Source: Nitrospirota bacterium | GTDB lineage: Bacteria; UBA2233 | Direction of reading: 5' to 3' | Assembly (NCBI GenBank): GCA_011620345.1 | Contig: WOZJ01000071.1 | Coordinates: 3,037-67,036, forward strand | DNA: 64,000 nt | Shown here: positions 54,757 through 64,000 of the stretch, one piece after another | Position numbering within the stretch: position 1 is the stretch's first letter | How the letters are laid out: each line of letters starts with the position of its first letter | Translations under genes and position numbers: made by a program | Notes under the pieces: model-generated | The model's database searches: none | Told to the model about the DNA's origin: nothing | What the model saw: the letters and a program-made list of their open reading frames with translations, nothing else

Positions 54757-55928
54757 TGGAGAACCTAGACGGGCTGGAGTTGATCATTCCCGTGTACTCC
54801 AAAAGACCGCTCGTTGTCTCAAGGGCGAAGGGCTGCTGGGTTTACGACCAAAATGGAAAGGCCTACCTTGACTTCGTCTCCGGGATAGGCGTCAACGCGC
54901 TAGGTCATACCCCTGAGTGCGTGCTAGAGGCGCTCGCAGACCAGATGCATCGTTACCTGCACGTTTCCAACCTCTACATCGATCCTTTGCAAGCCGAGCT
55001 CGCCAGGCTACTCCAGGGTTTTGGGTTCTCCTCTCAGGTTTTCTTCGCAAACTCTGGCACCGAAGCGAACGAGGCGGCCATCAAGCTGGCCCGGGCCTAC
55101 CGCAAGGACACGAACAAAGGGCTTTGTATCGTTGCGATGGAAAATGGGTTCCACGGAAGGACCTTGGGCGCGCTTAGCGCAACGGGGCAGTCAAAGCTCA
55201 AAACGCCCTTCGAGCCGCTGCTCGAAGGGTTCGCGTTCGTCCCGTTCGGCGATTCCGTGGCGCTTGAAGAGGCGCTCGAGGGGCCTACGCTAGCCGTACT
55301 TCTCGAGGTGATCCAGGCCGAGGGAGGGGTGAATACGGCGAGCGACGAGTATTTCGCAGAAGTTTCCAGGCTTGCTGAGCGCTCTGGAGCGCTTCTTATC
55401 GTGGACGAAGTTCAAACAGGACTCGGCAGGACGGGAAAGGCCTATGCTTTTCAGCATGTGGGGCTAAAACCCGACATCGTTACACTAGGAAAGGCTCTTG
55501 GCGGCGGCCTTCCGCTTGCATGCATGCTGGCAAGGCCGGAAATTGCCAAAAGTTTCAAGCTCTCAAGCCATGGCTCGACGTTCGGCGGGAACCCTCTTGC
55601 CGTCCGGGCGGGTATCGAGGTGATCAAGACCCTCCAATCTGGCGGTTTCCTTGCAGCAGTGGAACACAAAGGGGCGCTGCTTTCCAAAGGCCTAAGGGCG
55701 TTACAGGGCGAGTTTCCCTCGATCCAGGACGTCCGCGGGAAGGGGCTTTTGTGGGGCGTAGAGCTCCAAGCCGGGGCAAAGTGCGTGCTTGATGCCGCGT
55801 TCGATCTTGGCCTTCTTCTGCATTCGGCGGGCGAGTCGGTTGTCCGCTTCATCCCACCGTTGAGTGTCAGCCCTCAAGAGATCGAGACGGCGCTTGCACG
55901 TTTCAAGGAGGCATTAAAACAATGCTGA
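54753..55928 (+). CDS. argD: Acetylornithine aminotransferase
   Basis: NSGTEANE, FHGRT, DEVQTG, GKALGGG, HGSTFGGNP. Confidence 0.94.
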   Translation: MMENLDGLELIIPVYSKRPLVVSRAKGCWVYDQNGKAYLDFVSGIGVNALGHTPECVLEALADQMHRYLHVSNLYIDPLQAELARLLQGFGFSSQVFFANSGTEANEAAIKLARAYRKDTNKGLCIVAMENGFHGRTLGALSATGQSKLKTPFEPLLEGFAFVPFGDSVALEEALEGPTLAVLLEVIQAEGGVNTASDEYFAEVSRLAERSGALLIVDEVQTGLGRTGKAYAFQHVGLKPDIVTLGKALGGGLPLACMLARPEIAKSFKLSSHGSTFGGNPLAVRAGIEVIKTLQSGGFLAAVEHKGALLSKGLRALQGEFPSIQDVRGKGLLWGVELQAGAKCVLDAAFDLGLLLHSAGESVVRFIPPLSVSPQEIETALARFKEALKQC

Positions 55929-56854
55929 TGCGGACCAAAAGGGATTATTTGACCTTAAGGGGCCTATCGAGACAGGAGCTGGATATGCTCCTAGACAGAA
56001 GCCTGCGCTTTAAAGAATTGAGAAGGCGCGTGAGGCGAGACGACGTTCTTGCCGGGAAGGCCATTGCGATGGTGTTCGAAAAGCCAAGCCTAAGGACTCG
56101 GGTGAGCTTCGAGATCGCCGTTCAGGAGCTAGGCGGGATCGTGAGTTTTTTAGAAGAAGGGCAGGTCCAGCCGGGCAAGCGGGAGGCGTTTCTCGACATG
56201 GCCAGGACGCTCGAGCGCTACGCGGACGGGCTCGTTCTCAGGACGTTTTCGCACGCCATCCAAGAAAGGGTTGCCCAGGCTGTGCAAATTCCTGTAATCA
56301 ACGCGCTTTCCGAGAGTTCGCACCCTTGCCAGGGGCTTGCAGACCTCTTGACGATCAAAGAGGCCCTCGGAGCCCTGGATGGCGTGAAGCTTGCCTTTTT
56401 GGGGGATGGCAACAACGTCGCCAAAACGCTCATGGAGGCCTGCTGCCGGTACAGGATCGACTTTCGGCTTGCCTCGCCCAAGGCGTTCTTTCCGGACAGC
56501 GAATTTCTGGAGAGCCTAAAGCCGGAGATGGCCGGAACGATGGTTCTGACAGAATCACTCGAGGAGGCGCTCGAAGGCGCAGACATTGTCTATACGGATG
56601 TTTGGGTAAGCATGGGTAAAGAGCCAGAAAAAGAGTTGAGGAGGCGAATCTTCTTAAAATACCAGCTCAACCTCAAGACGCTTCGGTTGGCCAAGCCGAA
56701 TGCGAAGGTGATGCACTGCTTGCCCGCCGTCAGGGGGGAGGAAATCACGTCGGAAGTCCTCGATTCCCCCTTCTCGATCGTCTTTGACCAAGCCGAGAAC
56801 CGCCTGCATACGACGAAGGCGCTGCTCGAATTTTTTGTCGCGAACCGACCCTAA
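55922..56854 (+). CDS. argF: Ornithine carbamoyltransferase
   Basis: SLRTR, HPCQ, DVWVSMG, HCLP, QAENR. Confidence 0.96.
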   Translation: MLMRTKRDYLTLRGLSRQELDMLLDRSLRFKELRRRVRRDDVLAGKAIAMVFEKPSLRTRVSFEIAVQELGGIVSFLEEGQVQPGKREAFLDMARTLERYADGLVLRTFSHAIQERVAQAVQIPVINALSESSHPCQGLADLLTIKEALGALDGVKLAFLGDGNNVAKTLMEACCRYRIDFRLASPKAFFPDSEFLESLKPEMAGTMVLTESLEEALEGADIVYTDVWVSMGKEPEKELRRRIFLKYQLNLKTLRLAKPNAKVMHCLPAVRGEEITSEVLDSPFSIVFDQAENRLHTTKALLEFFVANRP

Positions 56855-56865
56855 AAGGAGAAACT

Positions 56866-58080
56866 ATGGGAAGCGAACGCCAAAAGGTCGTGCTGGCCTA
56901 CTCGGGTGGGCTGGATACTTCGGTTATCCTCAAATGGCTCATTGAAGAAAAAGGGCTTGAGGTAATCGCATTCGTGGCCGACGTCGGCCAAGAGGAGGAC
57001 CTGGAGGCCATCCAAAAAAAAGCGTATGCCACCGGGGCTTCCAAGGTGTACGTTGCCGATGTAAAAGAAGAGTTCGCCCAGAACTTTGCCTTCCCGATCC
57101 TTCGGGCCAACGCTGTCTACGAGGGGGGATATTTCCTCGGCACCTCGATCGCCAGGCCCTTGATTGCCAAGGAACAGCTTGTGGTTGCGCATAAGGAGGG
57201 GGCGACGTACGTCTCCCATGGAGCGACGGGCAAGGGCAACGACCAGGTCCGTTTCGAGCTCACCTACTACGCGCTCGACCCGAGGATCAAGGTGATTGCG
57301 CCGTGGAGGGAGTGGGATCTGACTTCTCGCACGCGCTTGCTCGAGTACGCCAAGACCTACAACATCCCAATTTCGCTCACGGCGGGAAAGGCCTATTCGA
57401 TCGATAAAAACCTCTTGCATGTCAGCTACGAGGCGGGCGAGCTGGAGGACCCCTGGCAGGAGCCGAACGAGGCGATGTTCTCGCTTACCGTTTCTTTAGA
57501 GCAAGCGCCGGAACTGCCCGCAAGCGTGATCATTGCCTTCGAGGGGGGGAACCCCGTGGCCGTCGACGGCAAACGGCTTAGCCCTTACAACCTGATCCAG
57601 ACGCTCAACAGGCTTGGCGGGGCGCATGGCGTGGGCCGTGCCGACATGGTCGAGAACCGTTTCATAGGCATGAAGAGCCGAGGGGTGTACGAATCCCCCG
57701 GGATGGCCCTCCTGCATGCGGCCAAAAGGGCGCTCGAAGGGCTGACGATGGACCGGGAAGTCATGCACCTAAGGGATGGCCTGATTCCCAAGTATGCCGA
57801 GCTCGTCTACAACGGGTTTTGGTTTGCCCCGGAGAGGGAGGCGTTACAGGCGTTTTTTGACCATACCCAAAAGGACGTGACCGGAGAAGTACGGCTTAAG
57901 CTTTTCAAAGGCGGAGTCCATGTCGTAGGCAGACGCTCCGAAAAGGCCCTTTACGACCCTAAAATCGCCACCTTCGAGGGCGTCGAGGGGTTTGAGCCAA
58001 AAGACTCCGAGGGCTTTATCCGCATCCATGCGCTTCGCTTGAAAATCCGCGCCCTTCGAATGGGGATACCTGAGGCATGA
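56866..58080 (+). CDS. argG: Argininosuccinate synthase
   Basis: [27 protein letters not shown]. Confidence 0.98.
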   Translation: MGSERQKVVLAYSGGLDTSVILKWLIEEKGLEVIAFVADVGQEEDLEAIQKKAYATGASKVYVADVKEEFAQNFAFPILRANAVYEGGYFLGTSIARPLIAKEQLVVAHKEGATYVSHGATGKGNDQVRFELTYYALDPRIKVIAPWREWDLTSRTRLLEYAKTYNIPISLTAGKAYSIDKNLLHVSYEAGELEDPWQEPNEAMFSLTVSLEQAPELPASVIIAFEGGNPVAVDGKRLSPYNLIQTLNRLGGAHGVGRADMVENRFIGMKSRGVYESPGMALLHAAKRALEGLTMDREVMHLRDGLIPKYAELVYNGFWFAPEREALQAFFDHTQKDVTGEVRLKLFKGGVHVVGRRSEKALYDPKIATFEGVEGFEPKDSEGFIRIHALRLKIRALRMGIPEA

Positions 58081-59462
58081 AGAAGCCCTGGGGTGCTCGG
58101 TTTACAGAACCGCTCGACCAAGACGTGCTTGCGTTTACAAGCTCGATTCCGATCGACACGGCCTTGTACCGGCAGGACATCTTTGGGAGCATTGCACACG
58201 TTCGAATGCTTGCAAAAGTCGGGCTGATTACCCAAGAGGAACGTGCCGAGCTCGTGCAAGCGCTGGAGGCCATCCTTCAAGACATCGATGCGGGTGTTTT
58301 TGGGTTTGGCCCCGAGCAAGAAGACGTTCACATGGCGATCGAAGAAGAGCTGACACGCCGGTTGGGGGAGCTCGCTCATAAGCTCCATACGGCCAGATCC
58401 AGGAATGACCAGGTTGTCCTGGATTTGGCGTTGTTCCTGAAAGAGGCAATCCAAAGGGTGCTCAGCGCGCTTAAGGGCTACCGCGTCCAGCTCTTAACGC
58501 TTGCATCCTTGCACACCGAAACCCCGATACCCGCGTTTACGCACATGAGGCCGGCGCAGAACGTTTCGCTCGCACACTACCTGCTTGCGTTCTATGAGCT
58601 GGCTAAAAAAGACCAGGCGCGTTTCCAGCGGGCGAGCGAGGGGCTAGCGGTATGCCCGATCGGCTCCGGTGCGCTGGGCGGATCAGACCTGCCCATCGAT
58701 AGATTTTACGAAGCGACCCTCCTTGGGTTTGACATGCCGACGCCAAACAGCCTCGAGAGCGTTTCGACCCGAGATGTGCTTTTGGATTTCTTGTACGCCG
58801 TGGCGACAGGATTCGTCAGCCTAAGCCGGCTTGCGGAAGATTTTATTCTTTTTTCGTCCCCCGCATACGGCTTTTTTGCCTTCCCAGACCGCTATTGTAC
58901 GGGCTCCTCGCTCATGCCCCACAAAAAGAACCCCGACGTGCTCGAACTCATCCGCGGGAGGGCCTCGCTTGCCGTCTCGAGCCTTTCTGGCCTGCTCACC
59001 CTTTTCAAGGGCCTGCCCATGGGCTACAACCGGGACATGCAAGAAGACAAAAGGCATCTTTTCGCCTCCTATCCGGTCTACGAAGAAAGCCTTCGGATGA
59101 CGACCGCCCTGATCGGCGGGATGGAAGTCAACCTCGAGCGTTTGGAGGCAATGGCCTCAGACCCTTGCCTTGGATGTGTCGATTTGGTCGAATTCCTCGT
59201 GAAAAAGGGCATGGCCTTCAGGAAAGCCTACGAGCTCGTGGGCGGGATCGTCAAAGCGTGCGAGGCCTCCGGCAAGAGCTTGGCAAACCTTACGCTGGAC
59301 GAGCTTAGGCAATTTAGCGGGCTTTTTGACGAGTCGGCGCTTACGCTCTTTTCTCCCATGGCCCAGCTGCGGGCACGCCAAAGCTACGGCTCGCCATCTC
59401 CAAGGGCCGTCCGTCATCAAATTGAAACTGCAGCGTGCAATGAGGGCATCCGGCTCGCTTAG
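58077..59462 (+). CDS. argH: Argininosuccinate lyase
   Basis: [34 protein letters not shown]. Confidence 0.97.
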   Translation: MKKPWGARFTEPLDQDVLAFTSSIPIDTALYRQDIFGSIAHVRMLAKVGLITQEERAELVQALEAILQDIDAGVFGFGPEQEDVHMAIEEELTRRLGELAHKLHTARSRNDQVVLDLALFLKEAIQRVLSALKGYRVQLLTLASLHTETPIPAFTHMRPAQNVSLAHYLLAFYELAKKDQARFQRASEGLAVCPIGSGALGGSDLPIDRFYEATLLGFDMPTPNSLESVSTRDVLLDFLYAVATGFVSLSRLAEDFILFSSPAYGFFAFPDRYCTGSSLMPHKKNPDVLELIRGRASLAVSSLSGLLTLFKGLPMGYNRDMQEDKRHLFASYPVYEESLRMTTALIGGMEVNLERLEAMASDPCLGCVDLVEFLVKKGMAFRKAYELVGGIVKACEASGKSLANLTLDELRQFSGLFDESALTLFSPMAQLRARQSYGSPSPRAVRHQIETAACNEGIRLA

Positions 59463-60480
59463 CGCCGGACTTGCCGCGCTTTGGCTTGTCCTGGCCGTTT
59501 TTCAAGGCTGTGGCAAGAAGGGCCCCGTTGTGGCCCCTCAAAAGGCGAAGGTTGTCTTGAAAGACGTCAGGCTTGAGGTTCGAGAGGCCAAGGTGCAGAT
59601 AACGTTTCGCCCGCCTATGGGGCTTATCTACCTCTCTAGCGGGGGGACGATCGTGGCCTATGAGCTCGTAAGACAGGAGGCACGGGCCGAAGAAGCGCTC
59701 GCAAGAGCCAGATGGCAGCCCGTAGTGCGACGTGGCGCCCTGGAAGGCACTGGGGTCTTGCCAGAGTATACCTTCCTAGACGAAGCGCTCCGTCCTTTTT
59801 GGGCGTACCGCTACAAGGTCAGGGCTTACAATGAAGAGGGCTTCAGCGAGTTTGAAAGTCCCGCGCTGGAGTTGACCTACCTGCCACCTCCGCCGCCCCC
59901 AAAGATCCAGCGCATGGAGGCGGGCGATGGCCTGATCGAGGTTGTGCTTTCTTACCCTGAGGGCGTGAGCGAACGCGCGCGCTACCACCTATACCTCTTC
60001 GAGGCGGGCAAGCCCGCTCCAAAATCGCCCACCGCCATTCTTTCTGGGCCCGGACTCTCCTACACGTTCAGAGGGCTCAAGAACAAAACCCCCTATACAC
60101 TGATCGCCCGGTCCGCCCTGCTGTCCGGAAGCGTCTGGATCGAAGGAAAGAGTTCGGAGGCCGCCATGGCCACGCCCAAAGACGTTGTTCCGCCCTCTCC
60201 CCCATCGAGCCTTCAGGCCGTTCTCACTCAAAACGGGGTTCAACTCTTCTGGGACTCCTCAAAAGAACCGGATGTTTCCGGGTATAGGGTATACCGAAGC
60301 GAAGGCAAGGGAGAATTCGCGCCTTTGAACGAAACGCCGCTTCCTGCGGTAAGTTATCTGGATACCGGCGTCGTTTTTGGCTCAAGGTATCGCTATCGCA
60401 TCGTGGCCTTGGACGAGGCGGGAAACGCCTCCGAGCCTAGTGGCACGGTCTCCGTCGTCTTTACAAAACCCCAGAGGTAA
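59440..60480 (+). CDS. Fibronectin type III domain lipoprotein
   Basis: Lipobox QGCGKKGP, FN3 patterns (YRYKV, LKNKTPY, GYRVYR, YLDT, YRIVALD...GNAS). Confidence 0.85.
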   Translation: MRASGSLSAGLAALWLVLAVFQGCGKKGPVVAPQKAKVVLKDVRLEVREAKVQITFRPPMGLIYLSSGGTIVAYELVRQEARAEEALARARWQPVVRRGALEGTGVLPEYTFLDEALRPFWAYRYKVRAYNEEGFSEFESPALELTYLPPPPPPKIQRMEAGDGLIEVVLSYPEGVSERARYHLYLFEAGKPAPKSPTAILSGPGLSYTFRGLKNKTPYTLIARSALLSGSVWIEGKSSEAAMATPKDVVPPSPPSSLQAVLTQNGVQLFWDSSKEPDVSGYRVYRSEGKGEFAPLNETPLPAVSYLDTGVVFGSRYRYRIVALDEAGNASEPSGTVSVVFTKPQR

Positions 60481-60484
60481 GCCA

Positions 60485-61783
60485 ATGAACTACTTTCGAT
60501 ACTCAGGCGACACGCTCGCTTGCGAGGATGTCGGCATCGAACAGCTGGCACAAAAGTACGGAACCCCCCTGTACGTCTATTCGTTGGGGACGATCAAAAG
60601 GCATTACCGCGTATTTGACAGGGCATTTGAGGGCATAGACCACCTTGTATGCTACGCAATCAAGGCAAACCCTACGCTTGCCTTGGTCTATCTTCTGGCC
60701 AAGATGGGTGCAGGCGCGGACATCGTCTCCAAAGGCGAGCTGTTCCTCGCCCTCAAGGCGGGAATTCCGGCGGAGCGCATCGTGTTCTCGGGCGTCGGGA
60801 AAACGCCGGAGGAGATCAAGGACGCCCTCGAGGTCGGGATATTGATGTTCAACGTCGAGTCGCTCTCGGAATTAGAGGTAATCGCCGACGTTGCAGGACG
60901 CTTGGGAAAAAAGGCCCCCGTAAGCTTTCGCGTAAACCCGGACGTGGACCCAAAGACCCACCCTTACGTGGCCACGGGGCTTAAAACGAGCAAGTTCGGT
61001 ATTCCGATGGGCTCAGCCCTCGAGGCCTACAAACGGGCGATGGAGCTGCCAAGCCTCGAAATCGTCGGGATCGATTGCCATATCGGTTCGCAGCTCATCA
61101 ATCTGGGGCCGATCAAGGAGGCGATGTTGCGCCTCAAGGCGCTCTTGAACGAGCTTAAGGCGCTTGGCGCGAAGCTGCGCTACCTGGATGTAGGCGGCGG
61201 GCTTGGGATCCGCTATGACCAAGAAGAACCCCCAGAGCCATCCACCTACGCGGAAACGATCCAGGCGGCGCTAAGAGGGATCGAGAGCGAGGAGTCGGCA
61301 AAGCAAACGCTCATTCTGGAGCCAGGCAGGGTCATCGTTGGAAACGCCGGGGTTCTCGTCACCCGCGTGCTATACACAAAGTCGCAGGAAGGCAAGCGCT
61401 TCGTTGTCGTGGATGCTGGCATGAACGACCTGATCCGCCCGGCATTGTACGGCTCGTTCCAGCGGATCGAAAAAGTGAAAAAAACCGGCGCGCCCGTGCA
61501 AAAGGCCGACATCGTCGGGCCGGTGTGTGAATCTGGTGATTTTTTTGCCAAAGACAGAGAAATCGAAGGCGTCAAAGAGGGTGATTTGCTCGCCATTTTC
61601 GGGGCCGGAGCCTATGGCATCGCGATGGCTTCCAATTACAACATGAGGCCCAAACCTGCCCAGGTTGGGGTTCTTGGGAAAGGCGAGGCGCTTTTATCCA
61701 AAAGGCAGACCCTCGAAGAGCTTATCCAAGATGAGGTTGTCCCGATGGCGCTCTTGGAAGAAAAGGAGGGCGTTCAGCCGTGA
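60485..61783 (+). CDS. lysA: Diaminopimelate decarboxylase
   Basis: YAIKAN, HIGSQ, DVGGG, EPGR, GPVCESGD, GAYG. Confidence 0.97.
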   Translation: MNYFRYSGDTLACEDVGIEQLAQKYGTPLYVYSLGTIKRHYRVFDRAFEGIDHLVCYAIKANPTLALVYLLAKMGAGADIVSKGELFLALKAGIPAERIVFSGVGKTPEEIKDALEVGILMFNVESLSELEVIADVAGRLGKKAPVSFRVNPDVDPKTHPYVATGLKTSKFGIPMGSALEAYKRAMELPSLEIVGIDCHIGSQLINLGPIKEAMLRLKALLNELKALGAKLRYLDVGGGLGIRYDQEEPPEPSTYAETIQAALRGIESEESAKQTLILEPGRVIVGNAGVLVTRVLYTKSQEGKRFVVVDAGMNDLIRPALYGSFQRIEKVKKTGAPVQKADIVGPVCESGDFFAKDREIEGVKEGDLLAIFGAGAYGIAMASNYNMRPKPAQVGVLGKGEALLSKRQTLEELIQDEVVPMALLEEKEGVQP

Positions 61784-62649
61784 TCGTTCCGTTCGTCAAG
61801 ATGCACGGGGCGGGGAATGACTTCGTAGTCATAGATGTGGTTCGCGACGAATCGTTAAGAGTGCTCGACTGGGGTCGGCTTTCCAGCACGCTGCTCGACC
61901 GGCGATTCGGGATCGGAGCCGATCAGTTGCTTGTCCTCGAGCCGCCCGCCCTCAAAGACGCCGCCGTAAAGATGCGTATCTTCAACCCAGACGGCTCAGA
62001 GGTGGAAATGTGTGGCAACGGCATCCGCTGTGCGGCGCTTTACTGCAAGCGGTTTTTGGGCGTTCAGGGGGAGCGGTTCGGCGTGGAGACGCTCTCGGGC
62101 ATCGTCGTTCCCAGCATCGAAGGGGATGAGGTTGCCGTCGACATGGGGCTGCCCATCCTGGAGGCCGAGCGTGTCCCAACAATCGCAAAGGGGCGTGTGG
62201 CAGGGATGCCTTTAGAGGTCTCAGGTCGGCAGTTTCTCATCCATGCCGTTTCCATGGGCAATCCCCACTGCGTCATCGAAGTGGCGGACGATGAAGGGCT
62301 TATGATGGCAGAGACTTTTGGCCCGAAGATCGAAAGGCACCCCTTTTTCCCTAATCGAACGAACGTGGAGTTCGTACGCGTTTTACGCCCAGACCTGGCG
62401 AAAGTGCGCGTCTGGGAGCGTGGGGCCGGGCTTACGCTCGCGTGCGGGTCCGGGGCGTGTGCCGTGGCCGTCGCGCTTCGGCTTGCCGGAAGGCTCGCTC
62501 CAGAGGTGGCTCTAGAGCTGCCCGGCGGCACGCTGTTTGTCCGCTACCAAGGGCTTGGGGAGCACGTGTTCCTCAAGGGCCCGGCGGTGTTCGTGTTCGA
62601 GGGAAGGTATCCCTTAACCCCTAGCGCAGGAGAAGAGCGATATGTTTGA
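61780..62649 (+). CDS. dapF: Diaminopimelate epimerase
   Basis: KMHGAGNDF, MCGNGIRC, MGNPH, ERGAGLTLACGSG. Confidence 0.97.
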   Translation: MIVPFVKMHGAGNDFVVIDVVRDESLRVLDWGRLSSTLLDRRFGIGADQLLVLEPPALKDAAVKMRIFNPDGSEVEMCGNGIRCAALYCKRFLGVQGERFGVETLSGIVVPSIEGDEVAVDMGLPILEAERVPTIAKGRVAGMPLEVSGRQFLIHAVSMGNPHCVIEVADDEGLMMAETFGPKIERHPFFPNRTNVEFVRVLRPDLAKVRVWERGAGLTLACGSGACAVAVALRLAGRLAPEVALELPGGTLFVRYQGLGEHVFLKGPAVFVFEGRYPLTPSAGEERYV

Positions 62650-63514
62650 AGGAACGATGGTGGCCCTCGTCACCCCCTTTCGCAACGGCAGCCTCGACAT
62701 CGCGCGTTTGAGGGCCTTGACGGCCAAGATGGTCGATGCCGGAGTCGATACGATCGTCCCAACGGGAACGACAGGAGAGTCGGCCACGCTAAACCACGAA
62801 GAGCACCTAGCCGTCATACGCCACGTAATCGAAGAAGCGAAAGGCAAGGCCAAGGTACTCGCCGGCACGGGCTCGAATGCCACCCACGAGGCCATTGCGC
62901 TGACCCGCGCGGCCAAGGAGGCGGGCGCCGATGGGGCACTTTTGATCTCACCGTACTACAACAAGCCCACGCAAGAGGGCCTTTACCAGCACTTCGCCCT
63001 AGTGGCCAAAGAGGTGTCGCTCCCGATCGTGCTGTACAACATCCCGGGCAGGACGGCCGTCAAGATCGAAACGGAGACGCTTGCCAGGTTATCGAAGATC
63101 CCGAACATCGTGGGCGTGAAGGATTCTACGGGCAGCCTCGAGACCGTCATGGATTCCATAAACGCATGCAGGGCAGGTTTTGAGGTTTACTCCGGCGAGG
63201 ATGGGCTTAACGTCCCCATCCTGGCCGTAGGCGGCCATGGCGTTGTCTCTGTTTTGGGCAACCTCATGCCCAAAGAACTGGTTCGCATGGTTCGCCTCGC
63301 GCTTTCGGGAAACATCGCCGAAGCGGCCGCCCTTCAAAGACAATACCTGCCGCTAATCCATGCCCTGTTCTTTGAGACGAACCCCATTCCCATCAAGGCC
63401 GCTCTCGCGCTTGTGGGCGAAATCGAAGAAGAGTACAGGCTTCCTTTAGTGCCAATGTCCGAACAAAATAAGCGTCGGCTGAAAGAAGAAATGGAGAGGG
63501 CCGGTCTTTTATGA
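62642..63514 (+). CDS. dapA: 4-hydroxy-tetrahydrodipicolinate synthase
   Basis: GTTGES, PYYNKP, YNIPGRT, GVKD, NPIPIK. Confidence 0.97.
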   Translation: MFEGTMVALVTPFRNGSLDIARLRALTAKMVDAGVDTIVPTGTTGESATLNHEEHLAVIRHVIEEAKGKAKVLAGTGSNATHEAIALTRAAKEAGADGALLISPYYNKPTQEGLYQHFALVAKEVSLPIVLYNIPGRTAVKIETETLARLSKIPNIVGVKDSTGSLETVMDSINACRAGFEVYSGEDGLNVPILAVGGHGVVSVLGNLMPKELVRMVRLALSGNIAEAAALQRQYLPLIHALFFETNPIPIKAALALVGEIEEEYRLPLVPMSEQNKRRLKEEMERAGLL

Positions 63515-64000
63515 GCGTCCCGTTAAAGCTTACGCTGTTCGGGGCAAACGGCCGTATGGGCAAGGAGCTCAGGGCTCTTATTAAGGAAGACCCGGGGCTT
63601 GCGTACGCATGCGGGATCGACCGGCAAGAGACGATCGAACAAGGCATGCCTCCTCAAGAAGAAAAGACCCTTCCCCTGTCTGAGGGCCTTCGAGAACCTA
63701 CCGATGTCGTGATCGATTTTAGCCAGCCCAGCGCCTTCATGGAACTTTTGGGCGCTCTCAGATCCAGGCCCATAGCGCTGGTTTCCGGGACGACGGGCCT
63801 TCTTGAGGGGCATCGCCAAGAGATCCGCGGGCTTTCAAGGAGCGTTCCCGTAGTTTGGGCATCCAACTTTTCAAAGCTTGGCAACCTCATGGTTTTTCTC
63901 GCCGGGGAAATCGCGAGGATCGCGGATGCCGAAGACTTGGAAATCTTGGAGGCTCACCACAAAGGGAAAAAAGACGCCCCCTCCGGTACCGCCCTGTCTT
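63511..64000 (+). CDS. dapB: 4-hydroxy-tetrahydrodipicolinate reductase, 3'-truncated by window edge
   Basis: Manual translation: MSVPLKLTLFGANGRMG...VIDFS...SGTTG...SNFS...EAHHKGKKDAPSGTA. Confidence 0.93.
   Translation, partial: MSVPLKLTLFGANGRMGKELRALIKEDPGLAYACGIDRQETIEQGMPPQEEKTLPLSEGLREPTDVVIDFSQPSAFMELLGALRSRPIALVSGTTGLLEGHRQEIRGLSRSVPVVWASNFSKLGNLMVFLAGEIARIADAEDLEILEAHHKGKKDAPSGTALS

Noticed and set aside
59881-59900. Poly-proline run as a repeat element
   Set aside because: Ordinary linker between FN3 domains
1-64000. CRISPR array, rRNA, IS/transposase
   Set aside because: No spaced repeats, rRNA signatures or transposase ORFs seen; intergenic regions are all short

Overview
Bacterial chromosomal window, gene-dense. 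The conserved blocks phoH-HD-ybeY-corC-lnt and topA-trmFO-xerC-hslVU-argBDFGH-FN3 lipoprotein-lysA-dapFAB resemble deltaproteobacterial gene order (inference from synteny). Housekeeping blocks (gltBD, tamAB-mscS, tRNA-Leu, tRNA-His, Arg/Lys biosynthesis) flank a ~21 kb accessory region (23.8-45.4 kb) with three notable modules. (1) NifU-like + circularly permuted ATP-grasp + alpha-E + transglutaminase + one active and one catalytically dead M14 peptidase. (2) A CI/LexA-like autocleavable repressor divergent from an archaeal-type PolB2 cassette (inactive RadA-like + small helical protein + PolB2). This cassette sits inside an opp ABC-transporter operon between 8-bp direct repeats whose recombination would rejoin oppD and oppF in frame. 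(3) The best candidate for an undescribed system: an operon of two secreted C45/Ntn hydrolase paralogues, two non-canonical RimJ-type GNATs, an RRE/pseudo-radical-SAM/SPASM/GNAT fusion that keeps only the AuxII Fe-S ligands, and an orphan FliS-like protein. No CRISPR array, rRNA, transposase or prophage was seen. All calls come from motif recognition by eye; no database searches were run.
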